A model generated the notes under the pieces. The model was given only the letters and a program-made list of their open reading frames with translations, did no database searches and had not been told where the DNA came from. DNA of 64,000 bases from Bacilli bacterium (GTDB lineage Bacteria > Bacillota_I > Bacilli_A > RFN20 > CAG-826), in contig JAVXGI010000003.1 in the NCBI GenBank assembly GCA_036657515.1, forward strand, positions 45 through 64,044, written 5' to 3'. This document shows positions 28,572 to 40,968 of this stretch, one piece after another (within the stretch, counting starts at the first letter, position 1; every line of letters begins with the position of its first letter). The translations under genes were made by a program, and so were the position numbers.

Positions 28572-29582
28572 ATGTCAATAATTTTAGCATTAGAATCTAG
28601 CTGTGATGAAACAGCTATTGCTATTATAAAAGATGGTAATTTATTATGTAATGTTGTTTCAACTCAAATAGAAGTTCATCAAAAATATGGTGGAGTAATG
28701 CCAGAAATAGCTTCAAGATTACATGTTGAAAATATAGGTGCAGTATTAGATCAAGCACTTAGTAAAGCAAATGTAAGTTTAGAAGATATCGATGCTTTTG
28801 CAGTGACAAGAGGGCCAGGATTAATTGGCGCACTGCATGTTGGGTTACAAGCTATTAAAACTTTAGCAATGATTTATAATAAGCCAATTATTCCTTGCCA
28901 TCATTTAGCAGGACATATTTATGCTAATGAATATATAACAACATTTGCTTTTCCAATGCTTGCTGTTGTTGTAAGTGGTGGAAATACGGAATTAGCTATT
29001 ATGAAAGATCATTTAGAGTTTGAAATAATTGGTGAAACTGAAGATGATGCTATTGGAGAATGTTTTGATAAAGTAGCACGTGTTTTAGGACTTCCTTATC
29101 CAGGAGGTGTAGCAATTGATAAAATGGCTAAACAGGGTAAACATATTTATTCTTTTAAAACACCACACGTTGAAAAGAAATATAATTTTTCTTATAGCGG
29201 ACTTAAAACCGGCGTAATAAATTTTGTTAATTCTTGTAAGATGTCTGATACTTCATTTCAAATTGAAGATGTTGCTAAATCTTTCCAAGATGTTGCTGTT
29301 GATGTAATTGTTGAAAAATCATTTATGGCTGCAAATGAATATAAAGTTAAAATGGTTTGTCTTGCGGGTGGAGTTAGTGCAAACTCATATTTACGCGAAA
29401 GAATGGTTGAAAAGTTTAAAGATAGTGGAATTGAAGTAATTCTTCCTCCAATTTGGTGTACAACTGATAACGCAGCAATGATTGCTAAGTTAGCTGAACA
29501 TCTTTTTGCTAGAAATATTACAGCACCCCTCTCACTTGGGGTCGATCCAAATTGGAGAATTGAAGATTACTTAAAGTATTGA
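28572..29582 (+). CDS. tsaD: tRNA N6-adenosine threonylcarbamoyltransferase TsaD
   Basis: Kae1/YgjD motifs (LALESSCDETAIAI, HHLAGHI, GGVSAN). Start at ATG 28572. Confidence 0.85.
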   Translation: MSIILALESSCDETAIAIIKDGNLLCNVVSTQIEVHQKYGGVMPEIASRLHVENIGAVLDQALSKANVSLEDIDAFAVTRGPGLIGALHVGLQAIKTLAMIYNKPIIPCHHLAGHIYANEYITTFAFPMLAVVVSGGNTELAIMKDHLEFEIIGETEDDAIGECFDKVARVLGLPYPGGVAIDKMAKQGKHIYSFKTPHVEKKYNFSYSGLKTGVINFVNSCKMSDTSFQIEDVAKSFQDVAVDVIVEKSFMAANEYKVKMVCLAGGVSANSYLRERMVEKFKDSGIEVILPPIWCTTDNAAMIAKLAEHLFARNITAPLSLGVDPNWRIEDYLKY

Positions 29583-29633
29583 TTGAAAGATTAAATATAT
29601 AATATAATATATAAATATATCAGGAGAAAAGTT

Positions 29634-31019
29634 ATGCAAGAAAGAGAAATTGTAATTAGTGACATTTATCAAAGTGTTTTAGCAAAGGATGGTACCTTTA
29701 AAAATGGACAAGAAGTTCATCTTGAAGGATGGGTTAGAACAAATAGAGATAATGGTTCTATTGGATTTATTGAATTTAATGATGGATCTTTCTTTAAAAA
29801 TGCTCAAATAGTCTATACCGAAGCTTCAAAAGATATGGAATTTATTTCCCATATTTCAACTGGATCTGCAATTGCAATCGATGGTAAAATTGTATTTACT
29901 CCGGAAAATAAGCAACCATTTGAAATAAGTGCTGATGAAATTAAAGTCTTGGGTGGTGTTGAAGAAGGATATTCTCTTCAAAAGAAACGTCATTCTTTTG
30001 AGTTTTTAAGAGATATTGCTCATTTACGTCCAAGAACAAATACATTTAATGCTGTTTATCGTGTTCGTTCATCCCTTTCGTTTGCTATTCATAAATATTT
30101 TAATGAACATGGATTTATATATATTCACACTCCTATTATTACGGCAAACGATGCTGAAGGAGCAGGTGAAGCATTTAGTGTTATTACAGATTTAAAACAT
30201 CCAGATGCATTTTTTAACAAAAATGCATCACTTACAGTTTCTGGTCAACTTCATGTTGAACCATTTGCTTTAGCTTATCGTAATGTTTATACGTTTGGTC
30301 CAACATTTAGAGCAGAAAAGTCAAATACAACAAAACATGCTGCTGAATTTTGGATGATTGAACCTGAAATTGCATTTGCTGATTTAGAAGATAACATGGC
30401 ATTAATTGAAGACTGTTTAAAATTTGTAATTAACTACGTTTTAGTTAATAACAAAGATGAGATGGAATTCTTTAATCAATTTGTAGATCATACATTACTA
30501 GAAAGATTACATAACGTAGTTAATTCAAATTTTAAAAAGATTGAATATAGCGAATGTGTAACTATTCTTCAAGACGCTGTTAAAGCTGGAGTTAATTTTG
30601 ATAATAATAATATTTATTGGGGACTAGATTTCCAAAGTGAACATGAAAAATATATTACTGAACAAGTTGTTAAAGGACCAGTATTTGTAACTAATTTCCC
30701 AGAAGAAATGAAAGCATTTTATATGAGACTAAATGATGATAAAACTACTGTTGCAGCATGTGATTTACTTGTTCCTGGAGTAGGAGAATTAGTAGGTGGA
30801 TCTCAAAGAGAAGAAAGATTAGAACTTCTTGAAGCAAAAATGAAAAAGATTGGAAACAAAGAAGAACTTGAATGGTATCTTGATACAAGAAGATATGGTG
30901 GATGTAAACATGCAGGATTTGGTATCGGATTTGATAGATTAATAATGTATGTAACAGGCGTTAACAATATTAGAGATGTTCAACCTTACCAAAGAACGTT
31001 TGGATCGTTAAAATATTAA
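29634..31019 (+). CDS. asnS: asparaginyl-tRNA synthetase
   Basis: Class II aaRS motifs (FRAEKSNTTKHAAEFWMIEPE, GGSQREER, GFGIGFDR). The 461-aa length fits AsnRS, not AspRS. Confidence 0.8.
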   Translation: MQEREIVISDIYQSVLAKDGTFKNGQEVHLEGWVRTNRDNGSIGFIEFNDGSFFKNAQIVYTEASKDMEFISHISTGSAIAIDGKIVFTPENKQPFEISADEIKVLGGVEEGYSLQKKRHSFEFLRDIAHLRPRTNTFNAVYRVRSSLSFAIHKYFNEHGFIYIHTPIITANDAEGAGEAFSVITDLKHPDAFFNKNASLTVSGQLHVEPFALAYRNVYTFGPTFRAEKSNTTKHAAEFWMIEPEIAFADLEDNMALIEDCLKFVINYVLVNNKDEMEFFNQFVDHTLLERLHNVVNSNFKKIEYSECVTILQDAVKAGVNFDNNNIYWGLDFQSEHEKYITEQVVKGPVFVTNFPEEMKAFYMRLNDDKTTVAACDLLVPGVGELVGGSQREERLELLEAKMKKIGNKEELEWYLDTRRYGGCKHAGFGIGFDRLIMYVTGVNNIRDVQPYQRTFGSLKY

Positions 31020-31020
31020 T

Positions 31021-31230
31021 ATGGCAGAAGAAACAAAAAAATATTCCTACGAAGATCCATCTATTAGCAAATATACTCAAAAGCAAGCAAAGAAAAGTAA
31101 TATCTATTTGTCTCCAGAAGAAAAACGCGCAATAGTGCGTGGCAGAATATTTATCGTTTTACTTGGCGTTGCTATTATTCTAGTTGGTGCAATCGCTTAT
31201 GCGATACTTGGTTTATTTAAAATAATATAA
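31021..31230 (+). CDS. small membrane protein
   Basis: 69 aa with one C-terminal TM helix. Followed by a bidirectional terminator. Confidence 0.4.
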   Translation: MAEETKKYSYEDPSISKYTQKQAKKSNIYLSPEEKRAIVRGRIFIVLLGVAIILVGAIAYAILGLFKII

Positions 31231-31232
31231 AA

Positions 31233-31272
31233 AATAACCTGTGAAATCAGAAATTTCACAGGTTATTTTTGT
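31233..31272. terminator. bidirectional rho-independent terminator
   Basis: AACCTGTGAAAT-CAGA-AATTTCACAGGTT with T-runs on both sides, between convergent genes. Confidence 0.7.
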
Positions 31273-32039
31273 TGTTGATTACCACTTTGTGGTGGGGTGG
31301 CAACATTTTGAGTTGGTGAGGTATTGTCGTAACTTATACAGTTATCTTGGAATTTAAGATTAGTTAAGGAATCGAATCTAACGTTATCAAGTTTTTTGAT
31401 GTAAATTGATTTAGCTAATTTATATATTCTAAATGTTCTTGCAAGACTAGCTTGGCAGTTAAGTAAGAACCAGATAGCACCGGTAAAAAATAAAGGCATA
31501 ATGAAATAACTTGCAAGTGCGGTTACTTCAAAGTGAGGAGAAGATAAGATTGGAGCCCAATCACTCCAAATAGTAAGACCGAAAAATACTCCGGTTGGAA
31601 TATTATTAAAGTCCCATAAAAACATAATAGTAGAGAATCCTCTTCCACCAACATAGGATTTAGTTGCTTCGTTATATGTACCAAAGTCTGTAAATAACTC
31701 AATAATATTCCAGTTTCTAATGACTGCGGAATAAATTACTGTTATTAAGATTGCAAGAATCATTAATAGTATTGGTATTTGACTTGCTTTAAAGAATTGA
31801 ATATTACTTTTTTTCATTCCTACTCTGATAAATTGTTTATCATCAGTTATAGTTGAAGTTAAAACAACATCATGCATTAATTGATCAACTTTAAGAGCTT
31901 GATATCTAGAGACTTTTGCAACAAGTAAACAAATAAAAGCAAAGATAGCAATAACAAGAATAAATATTAATAAAAAAGCAATAATAAATTTCTTATCATT
32001 TTCAGTAAATTGAAGAAGAGATAGTAAAGCGTTATTCAT
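31263..32039 (-). CDS. multi-TM membrane protein with Gln/Pro-rich C-terminus
   Basis: 258-aa hydrophobic ORF. Part of a three-gene membrane-protein operon on the minus strand. Confidence 0.45.
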   Translation of the reverse strand: MNNALLSLLQFTENDKKFIIAFLLIFILVIAIFAFICLLVAKVSRYQALKVDQLMHDVVLTSTITDDKQFIRVGMKKSNIQFFKASQIPILLMILAILITVIYSAVIRNWNIIELFTDFGTYNEATKSYVGGRGFSTIMFLWDFNNIPTGVFFGLTIWSDWAPILSSPHFEVTALASYFIMPLFFTGAIWFLLNCQASLARTFRIYKLAKSIYIKKLDNVRFDSLTNLKFQDNCISYDNTSPTQNVATPPQSGNQQQK

Positions 32040-32535
32040 GTTTAGTATCTCCTACATCATTAAAACTATAACTATTTGGGTTATGTTCAATTGATTTTTG
32101 TTCTTCTATAAGTGGTTTTGGAGTATTACATTCAATAGCATCAGGATCATTAGTGTTTATTTCAACAGGTCTTGGTTGATTTCCAATTGGTGTAGCACCA
32201 AATGGAAGCGGTCCATTTCCTTGATATATATAATAGGTATTAGTAGTATTAGTATTAGTGTTATTAACTGATGCATTAGATTCTTGTTTTAAACGTTCTG
32301 CTTCTGCTTTTGCTCCAGCTATTTTATCAACTGCTAATTTATCTTCTGCGGTAAAGTTTGTTAATCTTTCTCCTTTAAAGAATTTAATAATAGAATAAAT
32401 TAATATACAAAAATAAAGAACTAAACTATATGCACACCATAAAACAAATCCAACTATAATTAATGGTGAACTTATAAAATATAAACATCCACGACCCAAT
32501 GTTCTAAAAAATCCCATATATAAAATATTATACAT
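32032..32535 (-). CDS. membrane protein (2 TM + Asn/Thr-rich soluble tail)
   Basis: 167 aa. Overlaps its neighbours by a few nt. Confidence 0.4.
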   Translation of the reverse strand: MYNILYMGFFRTLGRGCLYFISSPLIIVGFVLWCAYSLVLYFCILIYSIIKFFKGERLTNFTAEDKLAVDKIAGAKAEAERLKQESNASVNNTNTNTTNTYYIYQGNGPLPFGATPIGNQPRPVEINTNDPDAIECNTPKPLIEEQKSIEHNPNSYSFNDVGDTKHE

Positions 32536-33431
32536 TAAATTTTATTTAGTTTAGACATAATTAATGTATATATATTAGTAATTAGTAACGATACTAAAAA
32601 TATGTTAATCTCAAGTGGATGATTTATATATTTATAAGTAAAAATAAATATAATAAATGATACTATTATTGAACTTAATAATACAGGTAATATCTTTTTA
32701 ATAAATTGTTTAATATCAATTAAACTAAACAAAGTAAAATATAAAGCAAACGCTCCAAAAATAAATGATAAAGATTGAAGAGAAACGTGTGACACCGCAA
32801 AAATTATAGATAAGATAATCGAAAATAGCGAGATAGAAGCAAATTGTGATTTCTTACTTAAATCGCAATTTGCTTCTAAATTTAATTTATCAAATTGGAT
32901 AGCAGAAAATCCAAAAGAAATGGAAGTTTCAATAAGAGAAAGTATAAATAAAAATATAGGAATAAATAGATAAGTATAGGGATAATTTGCTAATCCAAAT
33001 AAGTTAATTCCTGATGCAATTAAGTCTGTTTCAAAAACAAAATTAATTAAAATTAGTGAAAAACACTGCAGAACTAAGTTAATTATTGTTGAAAACAAAA
33101 TAGAGTAAATAATATTAATTTTGTTTTTGATAAATAAACCAATAAAATAACCACATATCATTCCTGGAATTATATAGAAAATTGTGTCCCACATCATGTC
33201 AAATGTGATAGCAAAACTAATTAAAATTGTTGCTAAAAAATATAATAAATAATATTTACTTTTTAAAGAAAGCGAGACAAATGTTGCAAGACATGGAATT
33301 AACAGGGCAAAAAAAACAAAACCAAATGGCACAAATCTGAATATAGTTACTAAAACAATTACAACCGCGCTATTGATTGCAGCAAAGGCAATACTTTCGT
33401 TTGGTTTTGTTTTATTTGAAACAAATTTCAT
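32535..33431 (-). CDS. polytopic membrane protein
   Basis: 298 aa with about 8 TM helices. No recognisable motif. Confidence 0.45.
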   Translation of the reverse strand: MKFVSNKTKPNESIAFAAINSAVVIVLVTIFRFVPFGFVFFALLIPCLATFVSLSLKSKYYLLYFLATILISFAITFDMMWDTIFYIIPGMICGYFIGLFIKNKINIIYSILFSTIINLVLQCFSLILINFVFETDLIASGINLFGLANYPYTYLFIPIFLFILSLIETSISFGFSAIQFDKLNLEANCDLSKKSQFASISLFSIILSIIFAVSHVSLQSLSFIFGAFALYFTLFSLIDIKQFIKKILPVLLSSIIVSFIIFIFTYKYINHPLEINIFLVSLLITNIYTLIMSKLNKI

Positions 33432-33514
33432 ATACTTATTATAATATATTAGAATGAAAAATTATTCACTAAATCAATTAAAAAAGTATGTTCCGATATG
33501 GTATAATTAATCAT

Positions 33515-35698
33515 ATGATTGAATACTTAAAAACGCTTAATGAGAATCAATATAAAGCTGTTACCACTGAAAGCCAATATGTTAGAATTGTTGCTGGAGC
33601 AGGTTCAGGCAAAACCCGTGTTTTAACATTTAGAATTGCATATTTAGTCGAGCAATTTGGTGTTCGTCCATGGAATATTTTAGCAATTACTTTTACTAAT
33701 AAGGTTGCAAAAGAGATGAAAGAAAGAACACTCAAATTGCTTGATGTTCCTAGTAATCAAATTAATATATCTACATTTCACAGTTTTTGTGCAAGATTTT
33801 TAAGAAGACAAATAAATTTAATTGGATATCCATCTAATTATTCTATTCTTGATTCAGATGATCAAGAAAAGATTATTAAAGATATTGGGGTTGAGTTAGG
33901 TTATAAAAGAAGTGATAAGATTATTAGCAATGCGCTCAATTATATTGCTGATAAAAAATGTGCAGGTATATATCCTGGAGATATTGTAATTAAAGGATTT
34001 AATTTTCCTCTTGAAAAGAAATGTTTAGAAATATATAAATTATATGAAGCTCGTAAAGCTAAGTTATATGCTTTAGATTTTGATGATTTACTTCTTAAAA
34101 CTATTCAAATTCTTGAAGAGTTTCCAGATGTAAGACGTTCAACTGCGGAAGAAAATAAACATATCTTAATTGATGAATTTCAAGATACAAACGATATTCA
34201 GTTTCGTTTATTAAAGTTAATTATGACCGGAGAAACTAATCTTTATGTGGTTGGTGATCCTGATCAAACTATCTATACATGGCGTGGTGCTAATCAAGAC
34301 ATTATTATGAAACTTAATGTTAATTTTCCTAATGTTGAAACAATTGTTCTTGATGTAAACTATCGTTCAACAAAGAAAATACTTGGTGTTGCTAATAAAC
34401 TTATTGCCCATAACTCTAATCGAATTAAAAAGAATTTAGTTACGAATAATGGCGAAGGATGCGACGTAATTACTAATAAATCATTTACCACTAAAGATGA
34501 AGCAAGATGGGTTGCAGATCAAATTGCAAAACTTAAAAGCACTGTAACTGATTTTAAATATAGTGATGTTGCCGTACTTTATCGCTCAAACTTTATTTCA
34601 GGTGAACTTGAAACAACCTTAACTCAACGTCGTATTCCTAATATTATTTATGGGGGTCAACGTTTCTATTTAAGAGCAGAAGTAAAAGATGTTTTAGCTT
34701 ATTTTAAATTAATTAATAATCCTGATGATGACTTATCATTTTTACGAATTATAAATATTCCTCGTCGTGCAATTGGTCAAGTTACAATTGATCATATTAA
34801 TGAAGCTACTGCAATAGAAAAAGTATCGATCTATGAATACTTTAAAAATATCGGTTTATATAATGATAACTATTTAACATTTAAAACAGTAACTGCTGTG
34901 ACTACTCTTATCACGTTAATTGATGAAGCCAGGGGCAAAATTGCTGAAGGCGAAGAAGCAACGGTCGCAATTTTGCAAGATTTTATTACGGCAATTGATT
35001 ATAATAGTTATCTTTCAACGCTTGAAGATGGCGAAGATCGTAAAGATAACGTTAAAGCTCTTTACAATGATTTAAACAACTATTTAAAAGAAGATGAGTC
35101 ATATTCACTTGATTCTTATTTACAAAATGTATCTTTATTTAGTGCGCAAGATGAAATGAAAGATGAACCTAAAGTTAAACTTCTTACTGTTCATACAGCT
35201 AAGGGATTAGAGTTTAGATATGTTTTTGTTGTTTACTTAAATGAATCTGTTTTTCCTAGTAGAAGAACAGTTGAAGATAAAGGAATTTCTGGGCTTGAAG
35301 AAGAAAGAAGACTTTGTTATGTCGCATTTACTCGTGCAAAAGAAAAATTATTTATTTCATGCAATAGTGGATATTCATTTGTTAGTGAATCAAATGGTAT
35401 TCCTTCACGCTTTTTTAAAGAAGCTGAATTAAAGTTTAGTGGCTACGATAAAGAATATATGAATCCAAACTTTGGAGTAAATAATATTGCTACTGTTGAA
35501 AAAAGTAAACCAACTGATTTCTTTAAGATTCTTAAAGATAACAATAATATAACGTGGGCTGTAGGAGATGAGGTTAATCATAAAACCTTTGGTAAAGGCA
35601 TTGTTAAGGAAATAAAAAGTGACATCTTAATAATTGATTTTACTTCCCAAGGTGTTAAAAAAATTATTGGTACTCACCCAAGTCTTTCAAAAATTTAA
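33515..35698 (+). CDS. pcrA: ATP-dependent DNA helicase PcrA/UvrD
   Basis: SF1 helicase motifs (AGAGSGKT, DEFQDTN, VGDPDQTIY, YRS, LTVHTAKGLEF). Start placed at ATG 33515; the ORF track uses ATG 33488. Confidence 0.85.
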   Translation: MIEYLKTLNENQYKAVTTESQYVRIVAGAGSGKTRVLTFRIAYLVEQFGVRPWNILAITFTNKVAKEMKERTLKLLDVPSNQINISTFHSFCARFLRRQINLIGYPSNYSILDSDDQEKIIKDIGVELGYKRSDKIISNALNYIADKKCAGIYPGDIVIKGFNFPLEKKCLEIYKLYEARKAKLYALDFDDLLLKTIQILEEFPDVRRSTAEENKHILIDEFQDTNDIQFRLLKLIMTGETNLYVVGDPDQTIYTWRGANQDIIMKLNVNFPNVETIVLDVNYRSTKKILGVANKLIAHNSNRIKKNLVTNNGEGCDVITNKSFTTKDEARWVADQIAKLKSTVTDFKYSDVAVLYRSNFISGELETTLTQRRIPNIIYGGQRFYLRAEVKDVLAYFKLINNPDDDLSFLRIINIPRRAIGQVTIDHINEATAIEKVSIYEYFKNIGLYNDNYLTFKTVTAVTTLITLIDEARGKIAEGEEATVAILQDFITAIDYNSYLSTLEDGEDRKDNVKALYNDLNNYLKEDESYSLDSYLQNVSLFSAQDEMKDEPKVKLLTVHTAKGLEFRYVFVVYLNESVFPSRRTVEDKGISGLEEERRLCYVAFTRAKEKLFISCNSGYSFVSESNGIPSRFFKEAELKFSGYDKEYMNPNFGVNNIATVEKSKPTDFFKILKDNNNITWAVGDEVNHKTFGKGIVKEIKSDILIIDFTSQGVKKIIGTHPSLSKI

Positions 35699-37720
<2,022 letters not shown>

Positions 37721-38017
37721 ATGAAAGAAATAAATATAGATGTACTAAAAGACGCTGCAAATAGGCTATATTTTACAATGTCTGATGAAGAATATGCTAC
37801 ATTGCTAGAAGAATTTAAAATAATGATTAAACAAATGCGACTTATTGGCGGAATTCAAGACATTGATGATGTTGCACCAATGACTTTTCCTTTTTCTGTT
37901 TCAACAAGTGAAATGCGTGAAGATATATCCTCCAATATCCTTGCGACATCAGTTGCACTTCGTAATGCAACTGATGTCAAAGACAATCAAATCAAGCTTC
38001 CAAAGGTGGTAAAGTAA
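37721..38017 (+). CDS. gatC: Asp/Glu-tRNA(Asn/Gln) amidotransferase subunit C
   Basis: 98 aa, immediately upstream of gatA and gatB. Confidence 0.75.
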   Translation: MKEINIDVLKDAANRLYFTMSDEEYATLLEEFKIMIKQMRLIGGIQDIDDVAPMTFPFSVSTSEMREDISSNILATSVALRNATDVKDNQIKLPKVVK

Positions 38018-38018
38018 T

Positions 38019-39479
38019 ATGAATATTTTAGATTTAACTATTCGTGAAATTCACCAAGCTTTAAAAGAAAAAAGAACTACTCCGCTTCTTCTTACGCAAG
38101 AAGCAATTTCAAGAGCAAAAGAAGATAAAAATAATGCTTTTGAATATATTGCTGAACAAGAAGCTCTTGAATTTGCTTCTACTTTAACGGAATTTGAAGA
38201 AGATAATTTACTTTATGGAATTCCATATGTATTAAAAGATAATTTTTCAACAAAAGATATTCCAACAACTGCTTCTTCTAATATTTTAGCAAACTATATT
38301 CCTGTTTTTGATGCAGAAGTTGTTAGATTATTACGAAATAAGAAATGTGTTTTGATTGGTAAAACAACATTAGATGAATTAGCTATGGGTGGAACTGGTA
38401 CAACGGGTCATTTAGGAATTACTTATAATCCTTATAGTAAAGATAGATTATGTGGTGGAAGTTCATGTGGATCTGCTGCTGCAGTTGCTGCAGCAATTGT
38501 TCCTTTTGCTCTTGGTAGCGATACTGGAGATAGTGTTAGAAAACCAGCATCTTTTGTTGGATTAGTAGGTTGTAAACCAACTTGGGGAAGAATCTCAAGA
38601 TTTGGATTATTCCCATTTGCGCCATCTCTTGACCATGTCGCATATTTCACTCGTTCTGTTGAAGATAGCGCAATTTTACTTGAAGCTTTAGCTGGAAAAG
38701 ATCTTAAAGACGCTACTTCAAGTGAAGTAAGGACTGAAGTTTATAGTAAAGAACTCGCTACTTCGTCATTAGCTGGGAAAAGAATCGGATATATTAAAGA
38801 AGTTATTGATTCACTTACTGATAAAAGAACAATTTCTTTATTTAATGATGTCTTAAATAAAATGAAATTAGCAGGAGCAGAAATTGTTCCTTTATCAATG
38901 GATAAAAAATTACTTGAAGCTGTTGTTCCAACGTATTTTGTTATATCTTGTGCCGAGGCTGGAAGCAATAATGCTAATTTAGACGGCGTTAAATTTGGCG
39001 TAAGAAAAACTGGTTCTACATATGAAGAAACGATAAAGAACACGAGAACTGCAGGGTTTTCAGAACTTATTAAGAGAAGATTCATTATTGGAAGTTTTGC
39101 CTTAATGAATGAAAATAGACATGAATTATTTATAAGAGCAGAAAAAGCTAGAAGAGTTATTGTTGAAAAACTTAACTTAATTATGAATGATGTTGATGAA
39201 ATTATTCTTCCAGCAGCTCCAAGTATTGCTCCTAAATTTACTGATTCAACTGATAAATTATCAAACGAATATCTTATTGCTGATAATCATTTAGCCTTAG
39301 GAAATTTTGCTGGTCTTCCTTCTATTACTCTTCCAATGGGATTCATTGAAGATATGCCAGTAGGACTTAATTTGATGGGTAAAAAGTTTGAAGAATCTCT
39401 TCTTTTTGCCGTGGCAAAAAGAATTGAAGATATAACACAGTTAAGTAATGTTTCACTAAACAACAAAGGAGCAAAATAA
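38019..39479 (+). CDS. gatA: Asp/Glu-tRNA(Asn/Gln) amidotransferase subunit A
   Basis: Amidase signature GGSSCGSAAAVAA. Confidence 0.9.
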   Translation: MNILDLTIREIHQALKEKRTTPLLLTQEAISRAKEDKNNAFEYIAEQEALEFASTLTEFEEDNLLYGIPYVLKDNFSTKDIPTTASSNILANYIPVFDAEVVRLLRNKKCVLIGKTTLDELAMGGTGTTGHLGITYNPYSKDRLCGGSSCGSAAAVAAAIVPFALGSDTGDSVRKPASFVGLVGCKPTWGRISRFGLFPFAPSLDHVAYFTRSVEDSAILLEALAGKDLKDATSSEVRTEVYSKELATSSLAGKRIGYIKEVIDSLTDKRTISLFNDVLNKMKLAGAEIVPLSMDKKLLEAVVPTYFVISCAEAGSNNANLDGVKFGVRKTGSTYEETIKNTRTAGFSELIKRRFIIGSFALMNENRHELFIRAEKARRVIVEKLNLIMNDVDEIILPAAPSIAPKFTDSTDKLSNEYLIADNHLALGNFAGLPSITLPMGFIEDMPVGLNLMGKKFEESLLFAVAKRIEDITQLSNVSLNNKGAK

Positions 39480-39480
39480 T

Positions 39481-40911
39481 ATGAATTTTGAAGCTGTTAT
39501 TGGTCTTGAAATACACGTTGAAACAAAATCTAAAACGAAGATGTTTTCAAGTGCTCCTAATGAATTTAGTAAAACTCCAAATACTAATGTTACATATTTA
39601 GATTTTGCTTTTCCTGGAACTTTACCAGTAGTAAATAAACAAGCTGTCATTAATGCTATTAGAGTGTGTTCAGCACTTCATATGAGTATTGATAGAGAGA
39701 TTTGGTTTGATAGAAAGAACTATTTTTATAGTGATCTACCAAAAGGATATCAAATTACTCAGCAATTTAGACCAATTGGAAAAGATGGATATGTTGATAT
39801 TAGAGTTAATAATAAGATTAAACGAATTGGAATAGAACGTGCTCATATGGAAGAAGATACTTGTAAACAGTTTCATATGAGAGATTATTCTTTGCTTGAT
39901 TATAATCGAGCTGGAGTTCCACTTTTAGAAATAGTTTCTCTTCCTGAAATTAAAAATGGTACCGAAGCCATGGAATACGTTAATGCAATTAGAAATATTG
40001 TTATTTATAGCGATGTATCTGATGGAAAAATGGAAGAAGGATCGCTTAGATGCGATGTTAACATTTCTCTTATGCCGTGTGGTGCTAAAAAATTTGGTAC
40101 TAAAGTTGAAATTAAGAATTTGAATAGTACTGCTAATATTGAAAAAGCAGTAGACTTTGAAATATTAAGACAGTCTAAATTACTTCTTAAAGGTTTATCC
40201 GTTGTTCAAGAAACAAGAAGATGGGATGAAACTAAAAAAGAAACAGTACTAATGAGACTTAAAACTGATGCTGTTGATTATAAATATTTTGTTGAACCTA
40301 ATATTGTTCCAATTAAACTTGATGAAAAGTTTATAAGTGAAGTAATTTCTACTTGTCCAGAACTTTTAGAAGCTAAAAGAAAAAGATATATCGAACAATT
40401 TGGTTTAAGCGAATATGATGCCGATGTTATTTTATTTTCAAAAGATAACGCACTTTATTTTGAAGAAATTTGCAAGTTTACAAAAGAATATAAACTTGCA
40501 GCTAACTGGTTAATCGGAGATATTCAATCCTATTTAAATAAGTCAGCAATTAGCATTAAAGAATTTGAAATTGCTCCAAGTTCAATTGCTTTACTTATAA
40601 ATAATATTGCGACGAATAAAATTTCATCAAAACAAGCTAAAGAAATATTTCTTAAAACACTTGAAAAAGAGGTTGTTCTTGAAGAAGCAATTGCACTTTG
40701 TGGTTCATCATTTATTTCAAATGATGATGAAATATTAAAATTAGTAAATACTACTCTTGATGAATTTCCACAATCAATTATTGATTATTTTGCTGGTAAG
40801 GATCGTTCGATCGGATTCCTTGTTGGACAAATTATGAAGAAAAGTCATGGAAAAGTAAATCCTAAGTTAACAAACGAAATTTTATTACGTGAAATAAATA
40901 AGAGAAAATAG
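39481..40911 (+). CDS. gatB: Asp/Glu-tRNA(Asn/Gln) amidotransferase subunit B
   Basis: N-terminal MNFEAVIGLEIHVE; 476 aa. Confidence 0.9.
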   Translation: MNFEAVIGLEIHVETKSKTKMFSSAPNEFSKTPNTNVTYLDFAFPGTLPVVNKQAVINAIRVCSALHMSIDREIWFDRKNYFYSDLPKGYQITQQFRPIGKDGYVDIRVNNKIKRIGIERAHMEEDTCKQFHMRDYSLLDYNRAGVPLLEIVSLPEIKNGTEAMEYVNAIRNIVIYSDVSDGKMEEGSLRCDVNISLMPCGAKKFGTKVEIKNLNSTANIEKAVDFEILRQSKLLLKGLSVVQETRRWDETKKETVLMRLKTDAVDYKYFVEPNIVPIKLDEKFISEVISTCPELLEAKRKRYIEQFGLSEYDADVILFSKDNALYFEEICKFTKEYKLAANWLIGDIQSYLNKSAISIKEFEIAPSSIALLINNIATNKISSKQAKEIFLKTLEKEVVLEEAIALCGSSFISNDDEILKLVNTTLDEFPQSIIDYFAGKDRSIGFLVGQIMKKSHGKVNPKLTNEILLREINKRK

Positions 40912-40968
40912 TGATTATTAGTTGCTGCTTACTGATACATAAAATTACCGGAAGCAAAAGGAGAAGAT

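Noticed and set aside
29583-29633. T-box leader upstream of asnS
   Set aside because: The intergenic region is only ~50 nt, too short for a T-box, and no specifier or T-box motif is visible.
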